Assembly: GCF_006345805.1 (NCBI RefSeq)
Contig: NW_021831830.1
Location: 1 to 64,000 of the forward strand
Origin: Octopus sinensis
Taxonomy: Eukaryota
Length of the DNA stretch: 64,000 bases
Direction of reading: 5' to 3'
Positions 1-9,746 of the stretch are shown in pieces. The notes under the pieces were generated by a model, which was not told the origin of the DNA, made no database searches, and worked only from the letters and a program-made list of their open reading frames with translations. The position numbers and the translations under genes are program-made. Numbering within the stretch: position 1 is the first letter of the stretch; every line of letters starts with the position of its first letter.

Positions 1-34
1 TTAACAATTAAGGATAATCTCTTAATAAGATCTT
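1..34 (-). repeat. Inverted copy of the 3'-terminal part of the 475-bp unit
   Basis: Reverse complement of 1-34 is aagatc-ttattaagagattatccttaattgttaa, matching the unit's aagatcccttattaagagattatccttaattgttaa. It joins the forward unit at tt|taccgg. Confidence 0.85.
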
Positions 35-145
35 TACCGGATATATGATTTATAAAATTCCATGTGCTTGGCCGGAGAGGAGAGAGCAGTTGTCTGTTCG
101 TCTTCGCTACGTAAGGTTAGTTTATTTATGATGTATTCAGAATCA

Positions 146-205
146 GTTCTGCTGACGATCATTAGACGCAAGTGTATGTGAAATGAAATCACGGTGATAC
201 AGAAC
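146..205 (+). ncRNA. Type I hammerhead ribozyme motif, unit 1 (5-nt gaaat duplication)
   Basis: GTTCTG-CTGACGA-stem II-GAAAT GAAA-TCACGGTGA-TA-CAGAAC. Confidence 0.6.
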
Positions 206-623
206 ATAATTCATTTTTAAATGTCTTGCTTTGAAAAAATGCATTGGGTATGATTAGTATAATTTTGGTAGTAATGACTCTGTCCCTCCTAGTGTGAGGC
301 ATTTATGTGTAATAATGCCCTCTATACAATATAGATATATTAATTTGTTCAGAAGAAAAAAATTATTTTCGGATTCTTTTCTTTTATGAGGTTTTCACGC
401 TAGCTACCTGATAATTTCTTGTTAAGATCCCTTATTAAGAGATTATCCTTAATTGTTAAACTTATTCCGAAATACTTTTCATTACCCGACATGCAGTTCG
501 TAAAAAGCCCGCCATTTACCGGATATATGATTTATAAACATTCCATGTGCTTGGCCGGAGAGAGCAGTTGTCTGTTCGTCTTCGCTACGTAAGGTTAGTT
601 TATTTATGATGTATTCAGAATCA

Positions 624-679
624 GTTCTGCTGACGATCATTAGACGCAAGTTGTATGTGAAATCACGGTGATACAGAAC
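624..679 (+). ncRNA. Type I hammerhead ribozyme motif, unit 2; predicted cleavage after AUA at 673
   Basis: Stem I GTTCTG/CAGAAC (6 bp). Core CTGACGA 630-636 and GAAA 659-662. Stem II CAT/ATG plus GAC-GCAA-GTT. Stem III A-U, TCA/TGA. Confidence 0.75.
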
Positions 680-1093
680 ATAATTCATTTTTAATGTCTT
701 GCTTTGAAAAACTGCATTCGGGTATGATTAGTATAATTTTGGTAGTAATGACTCTGTCCCTCCTAGTGTGAGGCATTTATGTGTAATAATGCCCTCTATA
801 CATATAGATATAATTAATTGTTCAGAAGAAAAAAATTATTTTCGGATTCTTTTTTTATGAGGTTTTCACGCTAGCTACCTGATAATTTCTTGTTAGATCC
901 CTTATTAAGAGATTATCCTTAATTGTTAAACTTATTCCGAAATACTTTTCATTACCCGACATGCAGTTCGTAAAAAGCCCGCCATTTACCGGATATATGA
1001 TTTATAAACATTCCATGTGCTTGGCCGGAGAGAGCAGTTGTCTGTTCGTCTTCGCTACGTAAGGTTAGTTTATTTATGATGTATTCAGAATCA

Positions 1094-1149
1094 GTTCTGC
1101 TGACGATCATTAGACGCAAGTTGTATGTGAAATCACGGTGATACAGAAC
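1094..1149 (+). ncRNA. Type I hammerhead ribozyme motif, unit 3
   Basis: Same sequence as unit 2; predicted cleavage after 1143. Confidence 0.75.
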
Positions 1150-1568
1150 ATAATTCATTTTTAAATGTCTTGCTTTGAAAAACTGCATTTGGGTATGATT
1201 AGTATAATTTTGGTAGTAATGACTCTGTCCCTCCTAGTGTGAGGCATTTATGTGTAATAATGCCCTCTATACATATAGATATAATTAATTTGTTCAGAAG
1301 AAAAAAATTATTTTCGGATTCTTTTCTTTTATGAGGTTTTCACGCTAGCTACCTGATAATTTCTTGTTAAGATCCCTTATTAAGAGATTATCCTTAATTG
1401 TTAAACTTATTCCGAAATACTTTTCATTACCCGACATGCAGTTCGTAAAAAGCCCGCCATTTACCGGATATATGATTTATAAACATTCCATGTGCTTGGC
1501 CGGAGAGAGCAGTTGTCTGTTCGTCTTCGCTACGTAAGGTTAGTTTATTTATGATGTATTCAGAATCA

Positions 1569-1626
1569 GTTCTGCTGACGATCATTAGACGCAAGTTGTA
1601 TGTGAAATCACGGTGTGATACAGAAC
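1569..1626 (+). ncRNA. Type I hammerhead ribozyme motif, unit 4
   Basis: As unit 2, with a TG insertion that keeps stem III paired (TCAC-GGT-GTGA). Confidence 0.7.
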
Positions 1627-2040
1627 ATAATTCATTTTTAAATGTCTTGCTTTGAAAAACTGCATTTGGGTATGATTAGTATAATTTTGGTAGTAATGAC
1701 TCTGTCCCTCTAGTGTGAGGCATTATGTGTAATAATGCCCCTATATACAATATAGATATAATTATTTGTTCAGAAGAAAAAATTATTTTCGGATTCTTTT
1801 CTTTTATGAGTTTTCACGAGCTACCTGATAATTCTTGTTAAGATCCCTTTTAAGAGATTATCCTTAATTGTTAAACTTATTCCGAAATACTTTTCATTAC
1901 CCGACATGCAGTTCGTAAAAAAAGCCCGCCATTTACCGGATATATGATGTATAAAACATTCCATGTGCTTGGCCGGAGAGAGCAGTTGTCTGTTCGTCTT
2001 CGCTACGTAAGGTTAGTTTATTTATGATGTATTCAGATCA

Positions 2041-2096
2041 GTTCTGCTGACGATCATTAGACGCAAGTTGTATGTGAAATCACGGTGATACAGAAC
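2041..2096 (+). ncRNA. Type I hammerhead ribozyme motif, unit 5
   Basis: Same sequence as unit 2. Confidence 0.75.
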
Positions 2097-2516
2097 ATAA
2101 TTCATTTTTAAATGTCTTGCTTTGAAAAACTGCATTTGGGTATGATTAGTATTTTTGGTGGTAGTAATGACTCTGTCCCTCCTAGTGTGAGGCATTTATG
2201 TGTAATAATGCCCTCTATACAATATAGATATAATTAATTTGTTCAGAAGAAAAAAATTATTTTCGGATTTTTTCTTTTATGAGGTTTTCACGCTAGCTAC
2301 CTGATAATTTCTTGTTAAGATCCCTTATTAAGAGATTATCCTTAATTGTTAAACTATTCCGAAATACTTTTCATTACCCGACATGCAGTTCGTAAAAAGC
2401 CCGCCATTTACCGGATATATGATTTATAAACATTCCATGTGCTTGGCCGGAGAGAGAGCAGTTGTCTGTCGTCTTCGCTACGTAAGGTTAGTTTATTTAT
2501 GATGTATTCAGAATCA

Positions 2517-2572
2517 GTTCTGCTGACGATCATTAGACGCAAGTTGTATGTGAAATCACGGTGATACAGAAC
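2517..2572 (+). ncRNA. Type I hammerhead ribozyme motif, unit 6
   Basis: Same sequence as unit 2. Confidence 0.75.
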
Positions 2573-2994
2573 ATAATTCATTTTTAAATGTCTTGCTTTG
2601 AAAAACTGAATTTGGGTATGATTAGTATAATTTTGGTAGTAATGACTCTGTCCCTCCTAGTGTGAGCATTTATGTGTAATAATGCCCTCTATACAATATA
2701 GATATAATTAATTTGTTCAGAAGAAAAAAATTATTTTCGGATTCTTTTCTTTTATGAGGTTGGTTTTCACGCTAGCTACCTGATATTTCTTGTTAAGATC
2801 CTTATTAAGAATTATCCTTAATTGTTAAACTTATTCCGAAATACTTTTCATTACCCGACATGCAGTTCGTTAAAAAGCCCGCCATTTACCGGATATATGA
2901 TTTATAAACATTCCATGTGCTTGGCCGGAGAGAGCAGTTTGGTCTGTTCGTCTTCGACTAAGTAAGGTTATTTATGATGATGTATTCAGAATCA

Positions 2995-3050
2995 GTTCTG
3001 CTGACGATCATTAGACGCAAGTTGTATGTGAAATCACGGTGATACAGAAC
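2995..3050 (+). ncRNA. Type I hammerhead ribozyme motif, unit 7
   Basis: Same sequence as unit 2. Confidence 0.75.
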
Positions 3051-3307
3051 ATAATTCATTTTTAAATGTCTTGCTTTGAAAAACTGCATTTGGGTATGAT
3101 TAGTATAATTTTGGTAGTAATGACTCTGTCCCTCCTAGTGTGAGGCATTTATGTGTAATAATGCCCCTCATACAATATAGATATAATTAATTTGTCAGAA
3201 GAAAAAAATTATTTTCGGATTCTTTTCTTTTATGAGGTTTTCACGCTAGCTACCTGATAATTTCGTGTTAAGATCCTTATTAAGAGATTATCCTTAATTG
3301 TAAAACT

Positions 3308-3310
<3 letters not shown>

Positions 3311-3345
<35 letters not shown>

Positions 3346-3440
3346 ATATATATATATTTATTTATATTACAATATATTATACATATATATATATACATAT
3401 CTATATATATATATATATATACACATATATATTTATATAC

Positions 3441-3471
<31 letters not shown>

Positions 3472-3499
3472 GATAGATGCATTATATATATATACATAC

Positions 3500-3539
<40 letters not shown>

Positions 3540-3557
3540 CATACATACATAAGATAT

Positions 3558-3621
<64 letters not shown>

Positions 3622-3640
3622 CAGACACACAGACAGATAG
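3311..3640. repeat. (TA)n followed by (TAGA)n microsatellites
   Basis: Directly visible. Similar (TA)n, (CATA)n, (GT)n, (TAGA)n and (TTA)n tracts recur throughout the window. Confidence 0.95.
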
Positions 3641-4296
3641 ATAGATAATAACGAAGGCGGCTATACGCAATATAAAGCCAAAAAGGACAAATTCAATTTG
3701 ACGGTGCAGGGTAGTAGCTGAATTGCTAGAAATAGGAGTTAAAAACACTTATAGCGCCGCGAAAAAGCATGTGTCTATGCACTGATAGAGGAGATAACCG
3801 CCCCACAGGGAGCGAGATCAACAGATATATATAGGTGAGGGGGATCGATTTGTTCCTATCAGTTCCTATCAATCCTATCAGTGAAACAAATAGAAGGGTA
3901 TATATATTTTGACGATACATTATGCTGAAAATATTTAAGAAGGAACACTGCAACTAACCAGAAATTGTAAGACTTCCATAAGAGATAGAAAAAAATAATT
4001 ACATTTGTGAAATCTATGCACCTTCTTGTATTCCTTCGTTTCAGCTTGACATTTCTAATCGCACCTCATAATGTAAGCGGAGATAATCTGCCTTATAGTA
4101 ACGGCTTTTCGAAGATGGATCACATGTCCTAGGTTTAAAGTATACACACACACACACACACATATATATATAATGGGAGGGCCACCGACAAAATTGACCA
4201 TTCCAGCCTGTAGCTTAAGTTCGTATCCTTCAGTCGCCATATTAGCTTACTGAGTCCCGTGGTCTGGCGCTTGTTCATGTCCCGAAAAGTTGCGTA

Positions 4297-4567
4297 ATGG
4301 GGGACATGAACAAGCGCCAGACCACGGGACTCAGTAAGCTAATATGGCGACTGAAGGATACGAACTTAAGCTACAGGCTGGAATGGTCAATTTTGTCGGT
4401 GCCCTCCCATTTGATAGGGGCAGAAGGCAGTGCAACCTTGTGTCTCCGAACTCTTCCATATTTTGTTTGCCAGAGGCCGGATGGTAAACGGGCTTTTACA
4501 GTCGGCTTTTCGATGCCCCCATTGGCGGCGTTACCTTATCTGGCTTTTAAATAGCGTTTATAAATAA
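4297..4567 (+). pseudogene. PLE GIY-YIG endonuclease C-terminal remnant (two -1 indels)
   Basis: Restoring two single-base deletions gives DMNKRQTTGLSKLIWRLKDTNLSYRLEWSILSVALPFDRGRRQCNLCVSELFHILFARGRMVNGLLQSAFRCPHWRRYL. This matches the PLE pattern T-x-LS-x-x-IW-x-LK ... W-x-IL ... CxLC-x-x-E ... CxH. The inverted arm encodes HYATFRDMNKR...SVALP without a frameshift. Confidence 0.7.
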
Positions 4568-5114
4568 CCGGCACCCATAGCCCTTGGTAACAAATTCTGA
4601 AATAGCCTTTAAGATATCTACGATTAACCACTGCAAGGGGAATTACTCCTGTTAGACAAACGGGGCTTGGTTTTTTCACAGCGGGGGTTTCCTTGACAAG
4701 GCAGGCTTAGATGAACACACACACACATAAAACATAATATATATATTTTTTTTCTGCCCCAACGGTTCTCGCGGCAGTAGCCACTGACAGCCGAACGATC
4801 AAACGCACACACGTACACAAAAATGTTTTCTACCCCTACACACACATATATAGAACAGTATACACACACGTCTCTAAGTAGATTTTTTCTCGCCCCTTAT
4901 AAAACATCAATATTCCTTAAATAGTCAGAACTTTATTCTCGGTCACAAAGAACACCCACACACCCTCACCCACATGATTGACCGATGCCTGACCCGTTAA
5001 ATTCTTCAGCCACCGGTTCTCAACATACACTGATAAGCAGTTTCGCCATGGGCTCTTAGGAGCATGGTTCGATCTGTTTTTGCTCCGCCTCTGTTCTGTT
5101 TCCAACGGATTTCC

Positions 5115-5208
5115 TATTTTCTTCCTGAAGAGAAAGACACAATATGGTCCCATGATTCAATCGGATTTTGGTAATTTGTGCCTTTCGAAACACGTGTAGA
5201 ATGAAATA
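5115..5208 (+). ncRNA. PLE-type type I hammerhead ribozyme; predicted cleavage after GUA at 5198
   Basis: CTGAAGA 5125-5131. Stem II GAAAGACACAA/TTGTGCCTTTC (10 of 11 paired). GAAA 5187-5190. Palindromic stem III CACGTG. Stem I TATTTTCTTC/GAATGAAATA. Confidence 0.75.
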
Positions 5209-5260
5209 AAACGATTTCTGTTCAATCTGCGTTCAGCTCCATTTCTTCAATTCACCAATA

Positions 5261-5326
<66 letters not shown>

Positions 5327-5552
5327 CAAACACACACATTAATATACCGATGCTCGAGATCTCATACGCAAGTATGTTTTACATCATAACAATATAACCT
5401 TTTATAATATATAGTAATAAAGTATATAATATTGTACAAGGTATACATGTCTGCATATATATATAAATGTGTGTGTGTATACATATATATGTATAATATA
5501 TATATAAATAAATATATATATATGTATGTGTATATACCTATATATTTATATG

Positions 5553-5584
<32 letters not shown>

Positions 5585-5609
5585 ATATATATATATATAT
5601 ATTATATAC

Positions 5610-5884
5610 ATGTATCAAATGAAATAAAAAAAACAGAACACAAAGGATGTCGCGGCACAGGTGTTTTTCGAGCTTTATAAAACAACTTATTCTTACATCA
5701 ATGCATAATCGGCATAACAGATGGTTTAAAGCCCTCTTCAGCCGCATGCAATTGCTACACCAAAGACTTTAAACCATCTGTTATGTCGATTATACATTGA
5801 TGTAAGAATAAGTTGTTTTATAAAGCTCGAAACACGTGTACCGCGTCAACCTTTGTGTTCTGTTTTTTATTTCATTTGATACAT
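5610..5884. mobile_element. Head-to-head pair of PLE-type 3' ends in (TA)n (imperfect inverted repeat, ~120-bp arms)
   Basis: Arms 5610-5731 and 5767-5884. The minus strand carries gcgg-CTGAAGA-GGGCTTTA; the plus arm carries TAAAGCTC-GAAA-CACGTG-TA-CCGCG. Confidence 0.65.
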
Positions 5885-5954
5885 ATATCTTCTCACCTCT
5901 GCTACTATCTGGCATATACAGGTGCTTATACTTATCAAGCATTCACCCTGAATT

Positions 5955-6026
<72 letters not shown>

Positions 6027-6040
6027 ATATATATATATAT

Positions 6041-6125
6041 ATATATTAAGTATAGTAAAGAATGGAGCTGAACGAAAATTTAACAAACTTTCGCTCAGCT
6101 CCATTCTTTACTATACTTAATATAT
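6041..6125. repeat. Short palindrome between (TA)n tracts
   Basis: ttaagtatagtaaagaatggagctga ... tcagctccattctttactatacttaa. Shares tcagctccatt with the PLE tail at ~5233-5243. Confidence 0.85.
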
Positions 6126-6942
6126 AAAACTTCAAATTTCCGCACTAAGGCACGGATTTTATGCCCCATGGTCGTAACTTCAACCGTGCTCTTTCTGTTG
6201 TGATTTTTGCTACCCAAGTATTGGTTATCATTTGAATTATCCGTAATAAGATAATTCATTTATCTACTTCAATAATTATATATATATATATATATATATA
6301 CGTACATTTGAAAACTGGTAGGATAAACAATCGAAACCAGGCGATCTATTTTGTGCACCGAGTCATCGCTTCCCTTATTCCACTGCTTGCCAAAAGCTCT
6401 CCCCAAATCGAACGATCGCTAGCGCTTCTGAAAATCCGAAAAATTGAGAGTAAGTTTCCAATGCTAGTCCCATAACTCTGTTAAACGCAGATTTCAAGGT
6501 TTTTTCCATGGTTTTAACGAAGAATTTGACGTTATGGGCAAACATGCGCCATCTTAAATACATCTCTCAACGACAAATATTCACCTCATGCGTTATAAGT
6601 TAGTGTGGGTGGTCAGGGAAAATTGCGAATGTGCGGGTCTAATCGACTTAGATTCATGGAAACCTTACGATAGGGTTGATGTCTAATATTTGGCGGTTGT
6701 GTTCACTGCAGCTGGTTGCAGTTCACTGTTGGATTACCGCATTATCAACAATTTTTAGTGGTTAGTGAAAAGGCCACGTACCGTAACAATTCATCGTCAA
6801 GTACTCAGTCTGTCAGACTTGTCAGCTCACGGCTTATCAACCAACAAACCTTTCAGACGAAACAGCAGCAGCATCAGTAGCAGAAACAGCACTTGCAGCA
6901 GTAGTAGTGAAACAGAAGGGCCAATATGCTCACATCCCCAAT

Positions 6943-7197
6943 GCGGCGAGCTGGCAGAAACGTTAAGCGCGCCGGGCGAAATGCGTAGCTGTGTTTCGTC
7001 TGTCTTCACGTTCTGAGTTCCAATTCCGCCGAGGTCGACTTTGCCTTTCATCCTTTCGCGGTCGATTAAATAAGTACCAGTTACGCACTGGGGTCGGTAT
7101 AATCGACTTAATCCCTTTGTCTGTCCTTGTTTGTCTTCTCTGTGTTTAGCCCCTGTGGTGGTAGTAAAGAAATAGGTATTTCGTCTGCCGCTACGTT
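6943..7197 (+). mobile_element. tRNA-derived SINE (family A here) heading the satellite array
   Basis: A-box-like GGCGAGCTGGCAGAA, B-box-like GTTCTGAGTTC, core GCCTTTCATCCTTTCG.GGTCGAT..AATAAGTACCAG. Confidence 0.8.
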
Positions 7198-9612
7198 CCA
7201 ATTCCGCCGAGGTCGACTTTGCCTTTCATCCTTTCGCGGTCGATTAAATAAGTACCAGTTACGCACTGGGGTCGGTATAATCGACTTAATCCCTTTGTCT
7301 GTCCTTGTTTGTCTTCTCTGTGTTTAGCCCCTTGTGGGTAGTAAGAAATAGGTATTTCGTCTGCCGCTACGTTCCAATTCCGCCGAGGTCGACTTTGCCT
7401 TTCATCCTTTCGCGGTCGATTAAATAAGTACCAGTTACGCACTGGGGTCGGTATAATCGACTTAATCCCTTTGTCTGTCCTGTTTGTCTTCTCTGTTGTT
7501 TAGCCCCTTGTGGGTAGTAAAGAAATAGGTATTCGTCTGCCGCTACGTTCCAATTCCGCCGAGGTCGACTTGCCTTTCATCCTTTCGCGGTCGATTAAAT
7601 AAGTACCAGTTACGCACTGGGGTCGGTATAATCGACTTAATCCCTTTGTCTGTCCTGGTTGTCTTCTCTGGTGTTTAGCCCCTTGTGGGTAGTAAAGAAA
7701 TAGGTATTTCGTCTGCGCTACGTTCCAATTCCGCCGAGGTCGACTTTGCCTTTCATCTTTCGCGGTCGATTAAATAAGTACCAGTTACGCACTGGGGTCG
7801 GTATAATCGACTTAATCCCTTTGTCTGTCCTTGTTTGTCTTCTCTGTGTTAGCCCCTTGGGGTAGTAAAGAAATAGGTATTTCGTCTGCCGCTACGTTCC
7901 AATTCCGCCGAGGTCGACTTTGCCTTTCATCTTTCGCGGTCGATTAAATAAGTACCAGTTACGCACTGGGGTCGGTTATAATCGACTTAATCCTTTGTCT
8001 GTCCTTGTTTGTCTTCTCTGTGTTTAGCCCCTTGTGGGTAGTAAAGAAATAGGTATTTCGTCTGCCGCTACGTTCCAATTCCGCGAGGTCGACTTTGCCT
8101 TTCATCCTTTCGCGGTCGATTAAATAAGTACCAGTTACGCACTGGGGTCGGTATAATCGACTTAATACCTTGTCTGTCCTTGTGTTCTTCTCTGTGTTTA
8201 GCCCCTTGTGGGTAGTAAAGAAATAGGTATTTCGTCTGCCGCTACGTTCCAATTCCGCCGAGGTCGACTTTGCCTTCATCCTTTCGCGGTCGATTAAATA
8301 AGTACCAGTTACGCACTGGGGTCGGTATAATCGACTTAATCCCTTTGTCTGTCCTTGTGTGTCTTCTCTGTGTTTAGCCCCTTGTGGGTAGTAAAGAAAT
8401 AGGTATTTCGTCTGCCGCTACGTTCCAATTCCGCCGAGGTCGACTTTGCCTTTCATCCTTTCGCGGTCGATTAAATAAGTACCAGTTACGCACTGGGGTC
8501 GGTATAATCGACTTAATCCCTTTGTCTGTCCTTGTTTGTCTTCTCTGTGTTTAGCCCCTTGTGGGTAGTAAAGAAATAGGTATTTCGTCTGCCGCTACGT
8601 TCCAATTCCGCCGAGGTCGACTTTGCCTTTCATCCTTTCGCGGTCGATTAAATAAGTACCAGTTACGCACTGGGGTCGGTATAATCGACTTAATCCCTTT
8701 GTCTGTCCTTGTTTGTCTTCTCTGTGTTTAGCCCCTTGTGGGTAGTAAAGAAATAGGTATTTCGTCTGCCGCTACGTTCTAAGTTCAAATTCCACCGAGG
8801 TCGACTTTGCCTTTCATCCTTTCGTGGTCGATTAAATAAGTACCAGTTACACACTGGGGTCGATAAATCGACTTAATCCGTTTATTTGTCCTTGTTTGTC
8901 CTCTCTGTGTTTAGCCCCTTGTGGGTAGTAAAGAAATAGGTATTTCGTCTGCCGCTACGTTCTAAGTTCAAATTCCACCGAGGTCGACTTTGCCTTTCAT
9001 CCTTTCGTGGTCGATTAAATAAGTACCAGTTACACACTGGGGTCGATAAATCGACTTAATCCGTTTATTTGTCCTTGTTTGTCCTCTCTGTGTTTAGCCC
9101 CTTGTGGGTAGTAAAGAAATAGGTATTTCGTCTGCCGCTACGTTCTAAGTTCAAATTCCACCGAGGTCGACTTTGCCTTTCATCCTTTCGTGGTCGATTA
9201 AATAAGTACCAGTTACACACTGGGGTCGATAAATCGACTTAATCCGTTTATTTGTCCTTGTTGTCCTCTCTGTGTTTAGCCCCTTGTGGGTAGTAAAGAA
9301 ATAATAGTATTTCGTCTGCCGCTACGTTCTAAGTTCAAATCCACCGAGGTCGACTTTGCCTTCATCCTTTCGTGGTCGATTAAATAAGTACCAGTACACA
9401 CTGGGGTCGATAAATCGACTTAATCCGTTTATTTGTCCTTGTTTGCCCTCTCTGTGTTTAGCCCCTTGGGGGTAGTAAAGAAATAGAAATAGGTATTTCG
9501 TCTGTCTTTACGTTCTGAGTTCAAATTCCACCGAAGTCGACGTTGCTTTTCATCCTTTCGGGGTCGATAAATTAAGTACCAGTTGCGTACTAGGGTAGAT
9601 CTAATCGACTGG
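7020..9612 (+). repeat. SINE-A-derived tandem array: 10 x ~176-bp type-A units, 4 x ~183-bp type-B units, and a terminal partial SINE
   Basis: Type-A starts at 7020, 7198, 7374, 7550, 7725, 7899, 8075, 8249, 8425 and 8602. Type-B starts at about 8776, 8959, 9142 and 9326. Confidence 0.9.
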
Positions 9613-9746
9613 CCGCCTCACTCCGGAAAAATTTCGTGTCTTGTGCATAGAGTAGAAAAGAATATGTTCACATCCCGTCCGTGGTAGACGCCGTTCCACA
9701 GAAATCTCAGAAGGCACGTGCGGTTAGTCGTCGAATAAAACTTACA

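Larger units (their letters stand above)
35..3310 (+). mobile_element. Tandem array of a ~475-bp unit (about 6.9 copies), each with a type I hammerhead motif; candidate non-LTR retrozyme or HHR satellite
   Basis: The HHR start recurs at 146, 624, 1094, 1569, 2041, 2517 and 2995 (period 470-478). Copies differ mostly by 1-5 nt indels. The array ends at ...aaacttat and runs into (TA)n. Confidence 0.8.
4172..5262 (+). mobile_element. 5'-truncated Penelope-like element (PLE) with inverted 5' segment, flanked by (TA)n
   Basis: GIY-YIG C-terminal coding remnant, then a 3' non-coding region with an HHR (5115-5208), then (TA)n. Segment 4172-4299 is an inverted partial duplicate of 4301-4411. Confidence 0.75.

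Noticed and set aside
952-1188. 78-aa and 68-aa minus-strand ORFs (MQFFKARHLK...) in the 475-bp unit
   Set aside because: Short, open in only two of seven copies, antisense to the HHR, and with no recognisable motif. Probably incidental.
35-3310. 475-bp unit as a NUMT, snRNA, 5S rDNA or telomeric repeat
   Set aside because: No mitochondrial rRNA/tRNA, U-snRNA, 5S or TTAGGG signatures found by eye.
6375-6563. 62-aa minus ORF MYLRWRMFAH...
   Set aside because: Protein-like composition but no recognisable motif or convincing splice sites.
7020-9612. CRISPR-like array
   Set aside because: The units are contiguous, near-identical SINE pieces with no unique spacers, there are no cas genes, and the context is eukaryotic.
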